Origin: an uncultured Collinsella sp.
GTDB taxonomy: Bacteria > Actinomycetota > Coriobacteriia > Coriobacteriales > Coriobacteriaceae
Direction: 5' to 3'
Assembly: GCA_902490065.1 (NCBI GenBank)
Contig: CABUCL010000006.1
Span: 11,446 to 75,445, forward strand
DNA length: 64,000 bases
The notes beneath the pieces are model-generated. The model was not told the origin of the DNA and searched no databases. It was given only the letters and a program-made list of their open reading frames with translations. The translations under genes and the position numbers were made by a program. Positions 9,537 to 19,058 of this stretch are shown one piece after another. Every line of letters starts with the position of its first letter. Within the stretch, counting starts at the first letter, position 1.

Positions 9537-11318
9537 GCAGCCTTGTTCACGACCCCCAAACGCAATGACACTACCGCCGGAACCCATGTTGCCGAACCCG
9601 ACGTTCGCCATCGCATAGGACTCGCGCACGGCAGCTGGCGCCGCGTGACGCGCCGCATCGTCGTGGGCGCCGTGTGCGCGCTCACGGTGAGCTCGCTGCT
9701 CATGCCGAGCGTCTCGCTCGCAGCGGAATGGGTCAAGGTCGGCGGCAACAAGTACAACACCGCGGCGAGCGACGAGGCCGGTACCTGGTCGTGGGACGGC
9801 GCCGACGACTTGAAGCTCAACAACTATAACGGCGGCGAGATCCAGGCCGCAGGCAAGCTCAACGTGAATTACTCGGGAACCAACATCGTCACTGCCGAAT
9901 GGATCGAAAGCATCAACGTTTCTCATGGCACTAACGAGAATGCCGAGCTCAATATCCAAGGCGACGAGGGCGGCACGCTCAGCGTGACATCTACTGAGGA
10001 CGCTATCCTCTCCACGGGTAATATCAACATCGACGGAGCCGGATCCGTCAACGCCACGAGCACTGGGTTTGATGCCATCAATGCCGGAGGTGATCTCGCT
10101 ATCAAAGGTTCGGGCAACGTCAACGCCACGGGTGCATCGGATGGCATCAGGGCAAACGGCAATATCACGATTGACGACAGCGGAGCCGTCACCGCCAGGG
10201 CTACCAAGGACAAGGGTATTGGAGCCGACAAGAACCTCACCATCAAGGGTGGCGGGACGGTCGAGGCAAGCTCAGCCGATGGTGAGGCCCTTTGGAGCGG
10301 CGGCAATATCAACATCTCGGACGGCGGCCAGGTCAAGGCAAGCTCCGAGAAAGACGCTGCCGTCGAGGCCAAGGGCAGCCTCGCAGCCACAAACGCCTCC
10401 CTCAACGTAAACGGTGTTGAATATGGCGTCTATGCCCACAAGGGCATCACCCTCGATCATGCAAACGTGACGGTCCGTGCAAGTAAAGGCAGATACGGTG
10501 GCGCCAACGCCCTCTTCACCTACCAGGACGACATCGTCGTCAAGAACGGCTCCACCGTGGACGCGTTTGCGGAAGGCGAGGTTTCGGCTGCATTCTCCAC
10601 CAGAAACGATCGACCCAACGAGAAGGGCGGCCACATCTACATCAGCGACTCCGTTGTCAAGGCCATAGCCCGCTATGTCGAGAACGGCGACGGCCCCATC
10701 CCCTACAGCGAAAACCAAGATGGCGAGACGAGGCGCGAACCCCAAGGCGAGAACATCGGCATCATCGCCCAGACCAGCGAGGGCGTCACACCCGCAGTCA
10801 TCTCGATCATCCGCAGCAAGGTAACGGCCGAAGGAGATACAGCGGCAATCTTTGCCCGTGCCATGAGCGCTGACGGCAAGACAATCGGCACCATCAAGAT
10901 TGAGAACGCCGCCATCCAGACGCCCGAAGGCGGCAAGATCATTGACTATCGCAAGCTCCGTGACGGCATCTACGAGGCAGGCCAAGCCATCGGCACGGGC
11001 GACGCCACGGTCGACTCCCTCTATATCAAAGCAGTCGCCAAAAGTACGACCATCGCACCTCCCGAGGTAGCCAAGCCGGAAGACCCCAAGCCCGACGAGA
11101 CCAAGCCCGCAGAAAGCAAGCCCGCGGAGTCCAAGCAGAACCCCAAGCCTGAGGGCTCAAAGCCGACCAAGGCCGTTGCGGCTTCAACCACGAAAGCCAA
11201 GACTACCGGCGTGCTCGCGGCAACCGGCGACACCTCGGGTGCGGCCATCGTGGCAACCGTCCTTGCGGGAACAGCCGCTATCGCCGCAGGCACCATGGCG
11301 AGCCGTAAGCGTTCTTAG
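9534..11318 (+). CDS. Sortase-anchored beta-helix surface protein (Cthe_2159-like), copy 2, intact
   Basis: Paralogue of copy 1; LAATG motif, hydrophobic segment and RKRS tail form a complete sorting signal. Confidence 0.8.
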   Translation: MAALFTTPKRNDTTAGTHVAEPDVRHRIGLAHGSWRRVTRRIVVGAVCALTVSSLLMPSVSLAAEWVKVGGNKYNTAASDEAGTWSWDGADDLKLNNYNGGEIQAAGKLNVNYSGTNIVTAEWIESINVSHGTNENAELNIQGDEGGTLSVTSTEDAILSTGNINIDGAGSVNATSTGFDAINAGGDLAIKGSGNVNATGASDGIRANGNITIDDSGAVTARATKDKGIGADKNLTIKGGGTVEASSADGEALWSGGNINISDGGQVKASSEKDAAVEAKGSLAATNASLNVNGVEYGVYAHKGITLDHANVTVRASKGRYGGANALFTYQDDIVVKNGSTVDAFAEGEVSAAFSTRNDRPNEKGGHIYISDSVVKAIARYVENGDGPIPYSENQDGETRREPQGENIGIIAQTSEGVTPAVISIIRSKVTAEGDTAAIFARAMSADGKTIGTIKIENAAIQTPEGGKIIDYRKLRDGIYEAGQAIGTGDATVDSLYIKAVAKSTTIAPPEVAKPEDPKPDETKPAESKPAESKQNPKPEGSKPTKAVAASTTKAKTTGVLAATGDTSGAAIVATVLAGTAAIAAGTMASRKRS

Positions 11319-11375
11319 ACGCCTCTGCGCACATGGCAGCTCCCGCGAAGGCCCCGAGCCCCAGCACCGTTTAAC

Positions 11376-11413
11376 AACGCCACCGCCGAGCTCCCCTCCG
11401 GCGGTGGCGTTTT
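11376..11413 (+). terminator. Intrinsic terminator
   Basis: AACGCCACCGCCG...CGGCGGTGGCGTT followed by TT. Confidence 0.75.
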
Positions 11414-11525
11414 CCATATGCGTCCGCAGGGGATGCACGAGATTGTCTTTGGTCTAGCCCAACCGGCATACGCTGGCGTGCGACAATTGGGGCTGCCGAT
11501 ATCACAACACTGAGAGAAGCCCGTC

Positions 11526-12191
11526 ATGGAAGCGCATCAAAAGCAGATAACCGTTTATTCGAATCATACGGAAAGCGCGCCTGTCATCTACCTTCCTGTG
11601 GTCGTGGGCGACGGCAGCGAGGTTTATAAGTGTTGCCGAGAGCTCGACTGTCCGCCATTCGCCCTCGTCACCATTGGCGAGCTCGATTGGAATCGCGAGC
11701 TGAGCCCCTGGGCATGCGACGGGACCGTACGCGATGCCGAGCCTTTCGGCGGCCAAGCTGCCGATTTTCTTGATGAGCTGCTGAATCAGATAATCCCCCA
11801 GGTCGAGTCGTCGCTTCCTCAGCCGCCCACCCGGCGCGGCATTGCCGGTTACTCGCTCGCGGGCCTCTTCGCACTCTGGTCCCTCTGGCAAACCGACGCC
11901 TTTGACCGCGCCGCGAGCGCATCGGGGTCGCTATGGTTTCCCGACTTTGTCGACCGTGCCAGCACGGCCCCTTTTGCCGGCAGCCCGCAAGCCGTCTACC
12001 TGTCACTCGGCAAAAAGGAAACCAAGACGCCCAACCGCATGATGCGGCATGTACTCGACGACACACGCGCGATGGAAGCGTTGCTCGTCGAGCGCGGCAT
12101 TCCAACAACGCTGGAGCTCAACCCCGGCAATCACTTTGCCCAAACCGACTTACGCATGGCCCGCGGCATCCACTGGATACTGACACATTAA
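11526..12191 (+). CDS. Alpha/beta hydrolase (putative esterase)
   Basis: GYSLAG nucleophile elbow, SGSLWFP, C-terminal GNHF. Confidence 0.85.
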   Translation: MEAHQKQITVYSNHTESAPVIYLPVVVGDGSEVYKCCRELDCPPFALVTIGELDWNRELSPWACDGTVRDAEPFGGQAADFLDELLNQIIPQVESSLPQPPTRRGIAGYSLAGLFALWSLWQTDAFDRAASASGSLWFPDFVDRASTAPFAGSPQAVYLSLGKKETKTPNRMMRHVLDDTRAMEALLVERGIPTTLELNPGNHFAQTDLRMARGIHWILTH

Positions 12192-12193
12192 AA

Positions 12194-12227
12194 ATGGTGC
12201 CCACACGCATATACGCATGGGCACCAT
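12194..12227. terminator. Bidirectional terminator
   Basis: ATGGTGCCCA...TGGGCACCAT between convergent genes. Confidence 0.6.
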
Positions 12228-12252
12228 ATCTTGTTTTAGCTGAACGCAGCTG

Positions 12253-13587
12253 CTACTCAGCAGCCTCCTCAAGCTCGGAGACATCAAACTCAAAGTCGTT
12301 ACCCGGCAGGATGGCGTTGAGCACAATGCCCACCAGTGAGCCCACGGCAATGCCGGACAGCGAAATCGTCACGCCGCCGAGCTCCAACACGATGGCGCCG
12401 GCGGTGCTGTACGCGATGCCGAGCGAAAGCACGAGCACCAGCGCGGCAACCAGCACGTTGCGGTTGTTCTGGAAATCGACCTGGTTCTCGATGAGGTTGC
12501 GGACGCCCACAGCGCTGATCATGCCGTAGAGCACGAGCGACACACCGCCGATCACACACGCCGGCATGGCCGCAATGACAGCCGCGAACTTGGGGCAGAA
12601 CGAAAGCACGATGGCGCAACACGCGGCAATTCGAATTACGCGCGGGTCGAACACGCGCGTCAGGGCGAGCACGCCGGTGTTCTCACCATACGTAGTGTTG
12701 GCCGGAGCGCCAAAGAGCGAAGCCAGAATCGTGGCAAGGCCGTCGCCGAGCAGCGTGCGATGCAGACCGGGATCGGCAATGTAGTTGCACTCGCAAGTCG
12801 AACCGATAGCAGAGATATCGCCGATATGCTCGATCATGGTCGCGAAGGCCAGCGGCATGATGGTGATGATGGCCGTCGTGGCAAGACCGCTATCGAACTG
12901 CGGCCCAAAGAGTGCAAACACGGTGTTGTCCCACACGATGGGCAGACCGACCCACGGAGCGGCGGCAACGCCCGAGAAATCAACCTCGCCGAGCGCAGCC
13001 GCAACGGCATAGCTCACCACAACGCCCAGCAAAATCGGCACGATCTTGACCATGCCACGGCCCCAGATGTTGCAGATGACGATAACGGCAACGCCAATGA
13101 CAGCCACAAGCCAGTTGGTCTGGCAGTTAGCAATAGCGGAACTTGCCAGGATCAAGCCGATGGAAATGACGATGGGGCCAGTCACCACCGGCGGAAAGAA
13201 ACGCATGACACGCTTGGCGCCAAACGCGCGGAAGAACGCCGCCAGCACCGGATAGAGCAGACCGGCACAAGCTACGCCCAGGCAGGCGTAGGGCAAAAGC
13301 TCGGTCTCGCCGTTGGGCGCGATTGCGGCATAACCGGCAATAAAGGCAAACGATGAGCCCAAAAATGCCGGCACCTTACCGCGCGACAGGAAGTGGAACA
13401 GCAGCGTGCCCAAGCCGGCAAACAAAAGCGTTGCCGATACCGAGAGGCCGGTGAGCACGGGCACCAGCACAGTGGCGCCAAACATGGCAAACAGGTGCTG
13501 TAGGCCGAGCAGAAACATGCGCGGGCGGCCGAGCGACGATGCGTCGTAGATGGCATCGCTGACGGCGGGCGTCGAGGACTGGGACAT
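12253..13587 (-). CDS. NCS2 uracil/xanthine permease (UraA/PyrP-like)
   Basis: LGLQHLFAMFGATVLVP, FLGSSFAFI and TTYGENTGV NAT signature. Confidence 0.92.
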   Translation of the reverse strand: MSQSSTPAVSDAIYDASSLGRPRMFLLGLQHLFAMFGATVLVPVLTGLSVSATLLFAGLGTLLFHFLSRGKVPAFLGSSFAFIAGYAAIAPNGETELLPYACLGVACAGLLYPVLAAFFRAFGAKRVMRFFPPVVTGPIVISIGLILASSAIANCQTNWLVAVIGVAVIVICNIWGRGMVKIVPILLGVVVSYAVAAALGEVDFSGVAAAPWVGLPIVWDNTVFALFGPQFDSGLATTAIITIMPLAFATMIEHIGDISAIGSTCECNYIADPGLHRTLLGDGLATILASLFGAPANTTYGENTGVLALTRVFDPRVIRIAACCAIVLSFCPKFAAVIAAMPACVIGGVSLVLYGMISAVGVRNLIENQVDFQNNRNVLVAALVLVLSLGIAYSTAGAIVLELGGVTISLSGIAVGSLVGIVLNAILPGNDFEFDVSELEEAAE

Positions 13588-13709
13588 GGATGTCCTTTCG
13601 AATGGAAGGGCGATCAGGCATATCGGATAACCTGCCCGAACGATACGATCCGAACCATTGTACGCGATACACTATGCCTCGCACGCGCCGCCACCTGCAA
13701 ACGCTAGCG

Positions 13710-14843
13710 CTATTTCCAAACGCGCTCGGCAATGCGCTTGACCAGCGCGATCTTTGCCCATTGCTCATCCTCGGTCAGCTTGTTGCCAATCTCGCAGCTG
13801 GCAAAGCCGCACTGAGGCGACAGATACAGGTTCTCGAGCGGCACGTACTTTGCGGCTTCACGGATGCGCTCGACGATAACATCCTCGTTCTCGAGCTCTG
13901 CCGCCTTGGTGGTTACCAAGCCCAGCACGACCTTCTTGCCCGGGGCAACGTACTTGAGCGGCTCAAAACCGCCGGCGCGCGGCGTATCGAACTCCAGGTA
14001 AAATGCATCGACATCCTCGTTTGCGAACAGGTACGGCGCGATGGGGTCATAGCCGCCCTCGAAGGCATAGGTGGAGTGGTAGTTGCCGCGGCACACATGC
14101 GTGTTGATGACCAGATCGTCGGGCTTGTCCGCGATGGCGGCATTGTTGAGCGCCACGCCCAGCTCGCTTACCTTTTGCAGGTCGACCGGGCTCATGCCGG
14201 TTTTGGCGACAAAATCGGTGTCGCAGTAGATGCCCCAGGTGCAGTCATCAAACTGGATGTTGCGGCAGCCTGCTGCGTACAGGTCGGCGATCACCGTGCG
14301 ATAAGCGGCTGCGATGGCGTCGGCAAGTTCCTCATCGGTCTTATAGACAGCGCGCAGGCTCTCCTGCTGGCCGTCGCAGCGGTCGAGCGTGACTTCGGAG
14401 AACGTCTGGATCGGCGCCGGAATGGTTTGCCGCGCGACCTGGCCCTCCCCCTCGAGCACCTTGACAAATTTAAAGTGCTCGACGAACGGATGGTTCTCGC
14501 CGCTAATGGGGCCGGTTACCACGGCGGTGTCGGCTGTGGTCTCCTCGTCGTGGAACATATAGCCCGTACGCGAGGTACGGCGTTCAATGCCGTTGAGCCC
14601 CCACATAAAGTCGAGGTGCCAGTAACTGCGGCGAAACTCGCCATCGGTAATCACCTGCAGGCCAGCGGACTTTTGCTTGTCCACCAGGTCGCGAATGGCC
14701 TCATCCTCGACGGCCTTAAGGCCGGCGGTGTCGAGTGTGCCCGCAGCATAGGCGGCACGGGCGTCCTTTACGGCCTGTGGACGAAGAAAGCTGCCGACGA
14801 TATCGGCGCGAAACGGCGCATTCAGCGTGGTTAAAGCACTCAT
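13710..14843 (-). CDS. Single-domain cobalamin-independent methionine synthase family protein (MetE C-terminal/YxjH-like)
   Basis: DIVGSFLRP, ITDGEFRR, HVCRGNY and LSPQCGFAS zinc-site motifs. Confidence 0.9.
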   Translation of the reverse strand: MSALTTLNAPFRADIVGSFLRPQAVKDARAAYAAGTLDTAGLKAVEDEAIRDLVDKQKSAGLQVITDGEFRRSYWHLDFMWGLNGIERRTSRTGYMFHDEETTADTAVVTGPISGENHPFVEHFKFVKVLEGEGQVARQTIPAPIQTFSEVTLDRCDGQQESLRAVYKTDEELADAIAAAYRTVIADLYAAGCRNIQFDDCTWGIYCDTDFVAKTGMSPVDLQKVSELGVALNNAAIADKPDDLVINTHVCRGNYHSTYAFEGGYDPIAPYLFANEDVDAFYLEFDTPRAGGFEPLKYVAPGKKVVLGLVTTKAAELENEDVIVERIREAAKYVPLENLYLSPQCGFASCEIGNKLTEDEQWAKIALVKRIAERVWK

Positions 14844-14932
14844 AGATATCTCCCTTTGCATTGGTTGCTTCACTGGAACAGAGTATGAGCGCTCATATGG
14901 CCATCGCAAAATATACGTTTATAACAGTTTGA

Positions 14933-14949
14933 TATAGATGCTTCCTATA
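14933..14949. promoter_or_regulatory. Putative MtaR/MetR-type box
   Basis: TATAG-N7-CTATA upstream of the MetE-like gene and next to an MtaR-like LysR gene. Confidence 0.55.
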
Positions 14950-14998
14950 TCAGTTTGGACTGCCATAAAGAGATTTGGCCCGTGCAGAATGCAGCAGT

Positions 14999-15895
14999 CT
15001 ATATGTGCTGACGAATCACGTCGATATAGGCTTGGCCGTAGCGCGTAAGCGTCGTGTTCTTACGCGTGATGATGCCGATCTCCATGTACTCGTCTACATC
15101 GAGCGGAATCGAGATGATGCCGGGCCCGTTGAGCTCGTGACTGATCACGCCTGAGCATACCGTGTAGCCGTTGAGGCCCATGACCAGGTTGAACAACGTC
15201 GCACGGTCACGCACGCGGATATTCTTGCGGCGCTCAAAGGTCGAGGTCAGCTCCTCAGAATAGTAGAACGAGTTATAGCTGCCCTGCTCATAGGACAAAA
15301 ACGGGTAGTCTTCCAAGTCCTCGAGCGTCACGCTGGAGCGGCCCGCCAGCGGATGGTCGGCGCACACAAAAACGTGCGGCGTGGCGCAGAAGAGCCCTTC
15401 GAACACGAGCTCGTTGGCCGCCAGCATGCGCTCGATGACCTCGCGATTGTGCTCGGACAAGTACAAGATGCCGAGTTCGCTTTTCATATGCGCGACGTCC
15501 TCGATAATCTCGTGAGTCTGCTCCTCGCGCAGGGTAAAGTCGTAGCGCGCGGCATCGAACTCACGGATCACATCGACAAACGCGTTGACGGCAAAGGAAT
15601 AATGCTGGCAGCTCACACTAAAGTGCGGCACCTGCTCGGACTCTCCCTTGTACTTACCTTCGAGCAGATCGGCCTGGTCAAGCACCTGTCGCGCGTAGCC
15701 CAAGAAGGTCTCGCCTTCCTCGGACACAATGACGCCCTTGTTGGTGCGCTCAAAGATGTGCACGCCCATCTCGTTTTCGAGATCGCGAATCGATGCGGTA
15801 ATCGAAGGCTGCGACACAAAGAGCCGGCGCGAGGCCTCGGTGATGCTGCCGCATTCGGCAACTTTGACGACATACCTGAGCTGCTGAAGCTTCAT
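14999..15895 (-). CDS. LysR regulator, streptococcal MtaR/CmbR-like
   Basis: MKLQQLRYVV HTH; FSVSCQHYSF, FYYSEE and DRATL motifs. Confidence 0.88.
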   Translation of the reverse strand: MKLQQLRYVVKVAECGSITEASRRLFVSQPSITASIRDLENEMGVHIFERTNKGVIVSEEGETFLGYARQVLDQADLLEGKYKGESEQVPHFSVSCQHYSFAVNAFVDVIREFDAARYDFTLREEQTHEIIEDVAHMKSELGILYLSEHNREVIERMLAANELVFEGLFCATPHVFVCADHPLAGRSSVTLEDLEDYPFLSYEQGSYNSFYYSEELTSTFERRKNIRVRDRATLFNLVMGLNGYTVCSGVISHELNGPGIISIPLDVDEYMEIGIITRKNTTLTRYGQAYIDVIRQHI

Positions 15896-15905
15896 AGCTT
15901 TCTCC

Positions 15906-16814
15906 CTAGACGTTCGTGACGTCGAAACCCGTCGCATCCATCTGACGCATAAACGGCGGCATCTCCCCCGTCGCGGCGCAGTCGGCAATCTGATGCAGAG
16001 CCCCGGCAACCGCATCGTCTGCCGCAGCGCCGATATGCCAGCGCGCGGCAGCCGTAACAGCCTCGTTGGCATTGGCGACTGCAACGGAGTTGGGAACGGC
16101 ATCGATCATGGGCAGATCGTTATCGGAATCACCGAACACGGCCACCTCGTCGGGCGTCAGACCCAGGGCACGCGCCAGCTCCAGGGCGGCGCAGCCCTTG
16201 TCCCAACCGGCCGGGAGAATATCGAACAGGCGCACACGATTGTTTGGAAACACAAGCGAGAGCTCCGGCACCTCGGCGGCAACGCGCTCGCGTAGCTCCA
16301 CGAGCTCTTCGCGCGAGCGGGCACTCCAAATATTCGCCTTAAACACCGGGGCATCATCGACAACAGGACGGCACGGGGCCTCTTCGCCTTTGAGCCACGT
16401 ATTACCGCCCGACTCCATGGCGCGGCGCACGCGCTCGGGGTCGCTCGTCACGCAATAGGCATCGTTACCCCAAAAGTCATCACCCAGGCTGTAGACCTTC
16501 AGGTACGTATCATCGGTCTCCTGTTCCAAATAGTCAGCCAAGCGCATAAGGGCGGCATTGTCGGTCGCGCGCGAAGCGACCGCCTGACCGTCGACAAACA
16601 TTACCTGGCCGTTGCAGAACGCGCCGGTCGAGAAGCACTCGGCGCAATTGCGGAACATCCAGCCCATCGCGGACGGCTGGCGGCCCGAAACCGGTCCAAA
16701 GTGCAGACCCGCCGCCTGCATGGCATGAATGCCCTCGATGGCGTAGTCGCTGGCGCCGTCATGCCCAGCCGGAATCAGCGTATCGTCCATATCGGTCAGC
16801 ACAAGTTTAATCAT
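15906..16814 (-). CDS. Cof-type HAD hydrolase
   Basis: DMDDTL motif I, SGR, DKG and FGDSDND motifs. Confidence 0.9.
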   Translation of the reverse strand: MIKLVLTDMDDTLIPAGHDGASDYAIEGIHAMQAAGLHFGPVSGRQPSAMGWMFRNCAECFSTGAFCNGQVMFVDGQAVASRATDNAALMRLADYLEQETDDTYLKVYSLGDDFWGNDAYCVTSDPERVRRAMESGGNTWLKGEEAPCRPVVDDAPVFKANIWSARSREELVELRERVAAEVPELSLVFPNNRVRLFDILPAGWDKGCAALELARALGLTPDEVAVFGDSDNDLPMIDAVPNSVAVANANEAVTAAARWHIGAAADDAVAGALHQIADCAATGEMPPFMRQMDATGFDVTNV

Positions 16815-16851
16815 AAGGCCCCCATTCGTATCGGTCCTACCTATTGTAACG

Positions 16852-16886
16852 ACCTGCCAAAATAAACCTGTCCCTTTTTGGCAGGT
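16852..16886. repeat. Palindromic REP-like repeat (second copy at 41239-41275)
   Basis: CCTGCCAAAATAAACCTGTCCCTTTTTGGCA occurs identically at both sites. Confidence 0.75.
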
Positions 16887-16913
16887 GCGCTAGTATAGGG
16901 AACAACAGATTCG

Positions 16914-17005
16914 ATGCGGGAGTGCCGGCGGTGCAAACCACAAGGCTGAGAGGGCATGGGGCCCAATCCTTTGAACCTGTCAGTTAATGCTGGCGTAGGA
17001 AGCAT
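16914..17005 (+). ncRNA. TPP riboswitch
   Basis: GGGAGTGC...GCTGAGAG...CCTTTGAACCTG...TAATGCTGGCGTAGGAA consensus upstream of thiM. Confidence 0.92.
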
Positions 17006-17016
17006 GCCGCCTTTAC

Positions 17017-17047
17017 AGGGGCGCTGTCTATGCACAGCGCCCCTTTT
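17017..17047 (+). terminator. Riboswitch expression-platform terminator
   Basis: AGGGGCGCTGT/ACAGCGCCCCT plus TTT between the aptamer and the thiM RBS. Confidence 0.75.
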
Positions 17048-17069
17048 CTATGCCAAGGAGGCATGTGCA

Positions 17070-17909
17070 GTGATTGATTCGGAACAGCTTAAGCAGCATA
17101 TGGTCAAGGCCGTGGAGGAGATTCGCGCCACCAATCCGATGGCCGGCTCCATCACCAACACGGTGACGATCGACTTTGTCGCCAACGCACAGCTCGCCGT
17201 GGGCGGATCGGCCGCCATGGTCTATCTGCCCGACGAAGGCGAGGCACTCGTTGCCGGCGGCGGCGCCATCTATCTCAACATGGGCACGCTCTTCCCCATC
17301 TACGAGCAGACGATTCCCCGAGCGGCCAAGGCGGCACACGACGCCGGCAAGCCCTGGGTGCTCGATCCGGTGGGCCTGGGCATCGGTAGCCTGCGCACCC
17401 AGCTGGTAAACGAGCTCAAGCAGTACAAGCCCGCCATCGTGCGCGGCAATGCCTCCGAGATCATTGCGCTCGCCGGCCTGTGGGGTCTTGAGGGCGAGGC
17501 GGCCGATCTGAGCCGCGTACGCGGCGTCGATACCACCGACACGGTCGACGCCGCCCGCGATGCCGCCGTGGCGCTCGCCCACTACACCGGCGGCGCCGTG
17601 GTCGTCTCGGGCGAAGTCGACCTGATTACCGACGGCACGACCGTGGCCAAGTCCCACGGCGGCAGCCCGCTCATGTCCAAGATCACCGGCTGCGGCTGCT
17701 CGCAGGGCGGCGTGCTGGCCGTGTACGCCTGCGCCGCCGACCCGTTTACGGCAGCCGTCTGCGGCACCGCCGTCTACAACGTTGCCGGCACGCGTGCCGC
17801 CGCCGTCGCCGATGCCCCGGCAAGCTTTAAGGTCGCCTTTATCGACGAGCTCTACCGCGCGACCGCCCAGGACATCGCCGATAACCAACTCGAGCTCGAG
17901 GAGGCATAA
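17070..17909 (+). CDS. thiM: Hydroxyethylthiazole kinase
   Basis: ITNTV, WVLDPVG, RGNASEI and ITGCGC motifs; GTG start after AAGGAGG. Confidence 0.93.
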   Translation: MIDSEQLKQHMVKAVEEIRATNPMAGSITNTVTIDFVANAQLAVGGSAAMVYLPDEGEALVAGGGAIYLNMGTLFPIYEQTIPRAAKAAHDAGKPWVLDPVGLGIGSLRTQLVNELKQYKPAIVRGNASEIIALAGLWGLEGEAADLSRVRGVDTTDTVDAARDAAVALAHYTGGAVVVSGEVDLITDGTTVAKSHGGSPLMSKITGCGCSQGGVLAVYACAADPFTAAVCGTAVYNVAGTRAAAVADAPASFKVAFIDELYRATAQDIADNQLELEEA

Positions 17910-17912
17910 GCC

Positions 17913-18254
17913 ATGTCCGAGCCCGCAACCAATGCCGGCATGAACACACTCGTCGCCGTGGCCATCGCCCCGTGCGGCACCGGCGATGAACTGTCCGCCG
18001 AGGTCGCCGAGGTCGTGCGCGTCATTCGCGAGAGCGGCCTTCCCAACCGCACCACCTCGATGTTCACCGAGATCGAGGGTGACTGGGACGAGGTCATGCA
18101 GGTCGTGCGCGACGCAACCTTTGTGTTGGCGAGCAAGGGCATCCGCACCGAAGTCGTGCTCAAAGCCGATATTCGACCCGGATTTACCGACACCATGACC
18201 GGCAAGCTCGAGCGCATGGAAGCACAGATCAAAAAGCAGGAGGAAGCACGATGA
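17913..18254 (+). CDS. Thiamine-binding protein (DUF77/MTH1187 family)
   Basis: SMFTEIEGDWDEVM motif; inside the thi operon. Confidence 0.85.
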   Translation: MSEPATNAGMNTLVAVAIAPCGTGDELSAEVAEVVRVIRESGLPNRTTSMFTEIEGDWDEVMQVVRDATFVLASKGIRTEVVLKADIRPGFTDTMTGKLERMEAQIKKQEEAR

Positions 18255-18946
18255 GCATCCGCGACAACCTTGATATCTCGGCCTATCTGGTACTCGGCCC
18301 CGAAAACACGCTCGGGCGTCCCGTGGGCGATGTGGTGGCCCAGGCGCTCGACGCAGGCTTTACCTGCATCCAGGTGCGCTCCAAGGTGGCAAGTGCCCGC
18401 GAGATCATCGCGCTGACGGGCGACGCCGCGCAGGCAATCGCACAGGCCGGCAAGACCGGTCAGGTCGCCCTGCTGATCGACGACCGCCTGGACTGCGTAC
18501 TCGCCGCGCGCGAGCAGGGCATCGCTGTCGACGGCGTGCACGTTGGCCAGAGCGATATTCCCGTCGAGGTCTGCCGCAAACTTTTGGGCCCCGATGCCAT
18601 TGTGGGCCTTTCGGCCCGTTGCGAGGAGATGCTCGAGTACGTCAAGACCGCCGACATGAGCCTGGTCGACTACCTGGGCATCGGCCCGCTCCACGAGACC
18701 GAGACCAAGCGCGACTGCGGACGCGCGGCCGACGGCTCTATCATCACCAAGAGCTTTGAGGACTTGGCCGCACTCCACGCGGCAAGCCCCGTGCCCATCG
18801 TGGTGGGCGGCGGCGTCAAGACGGCCGACCTGCCACAGCTCAAGGCCACCGGCGTCGATGGCTTCTTTGTGGTGAGCGCCGTCTGCAGTGCCGACGACCC
18901 CTACGCCGCCGCCAAGGAGCTCGTCGATACCTGGCAGCAGGCATAG
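18251..18946 (+). CDS. thiE: Thiamine-phosphate synthase
   Basis: QVRSK, LIDDR, DGVHVGQSD and DYLGIGP motifs; 4-nt overlap with the upstream gene. Confidence 0.92.
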   Translation: MSIRDNLDISAYLVLGPENTLGRPVGDVVAQALDAGFTCIQVRSKVASAREIIALTGDAAQAIAQAGKTGQVALLIDDRLDCVLAAREQGIAVDGVHVGQSDIPVEVCRKLLGPDAIVGLSARCEEMLEYVKTADMSLVDYLGIGPLHETETKRDCGRAADGSIITKSFEDLAALHAASPVPIVVGGGVKTADLPQLKATGVDGFFVVSAVCSADDPYAAAKELVDTWQQA

Positions 18947-19058
18947 GCTCAAGCCGAGCAGCCGATTCGCAGCCTCATATCTTCAGCGATGGAAAGCGCA
19001 TCCCAGTTTGGACCTCCATTCCGGGATGCGCTTCCCGCCGAGATGGCGGCAGCAGCCT

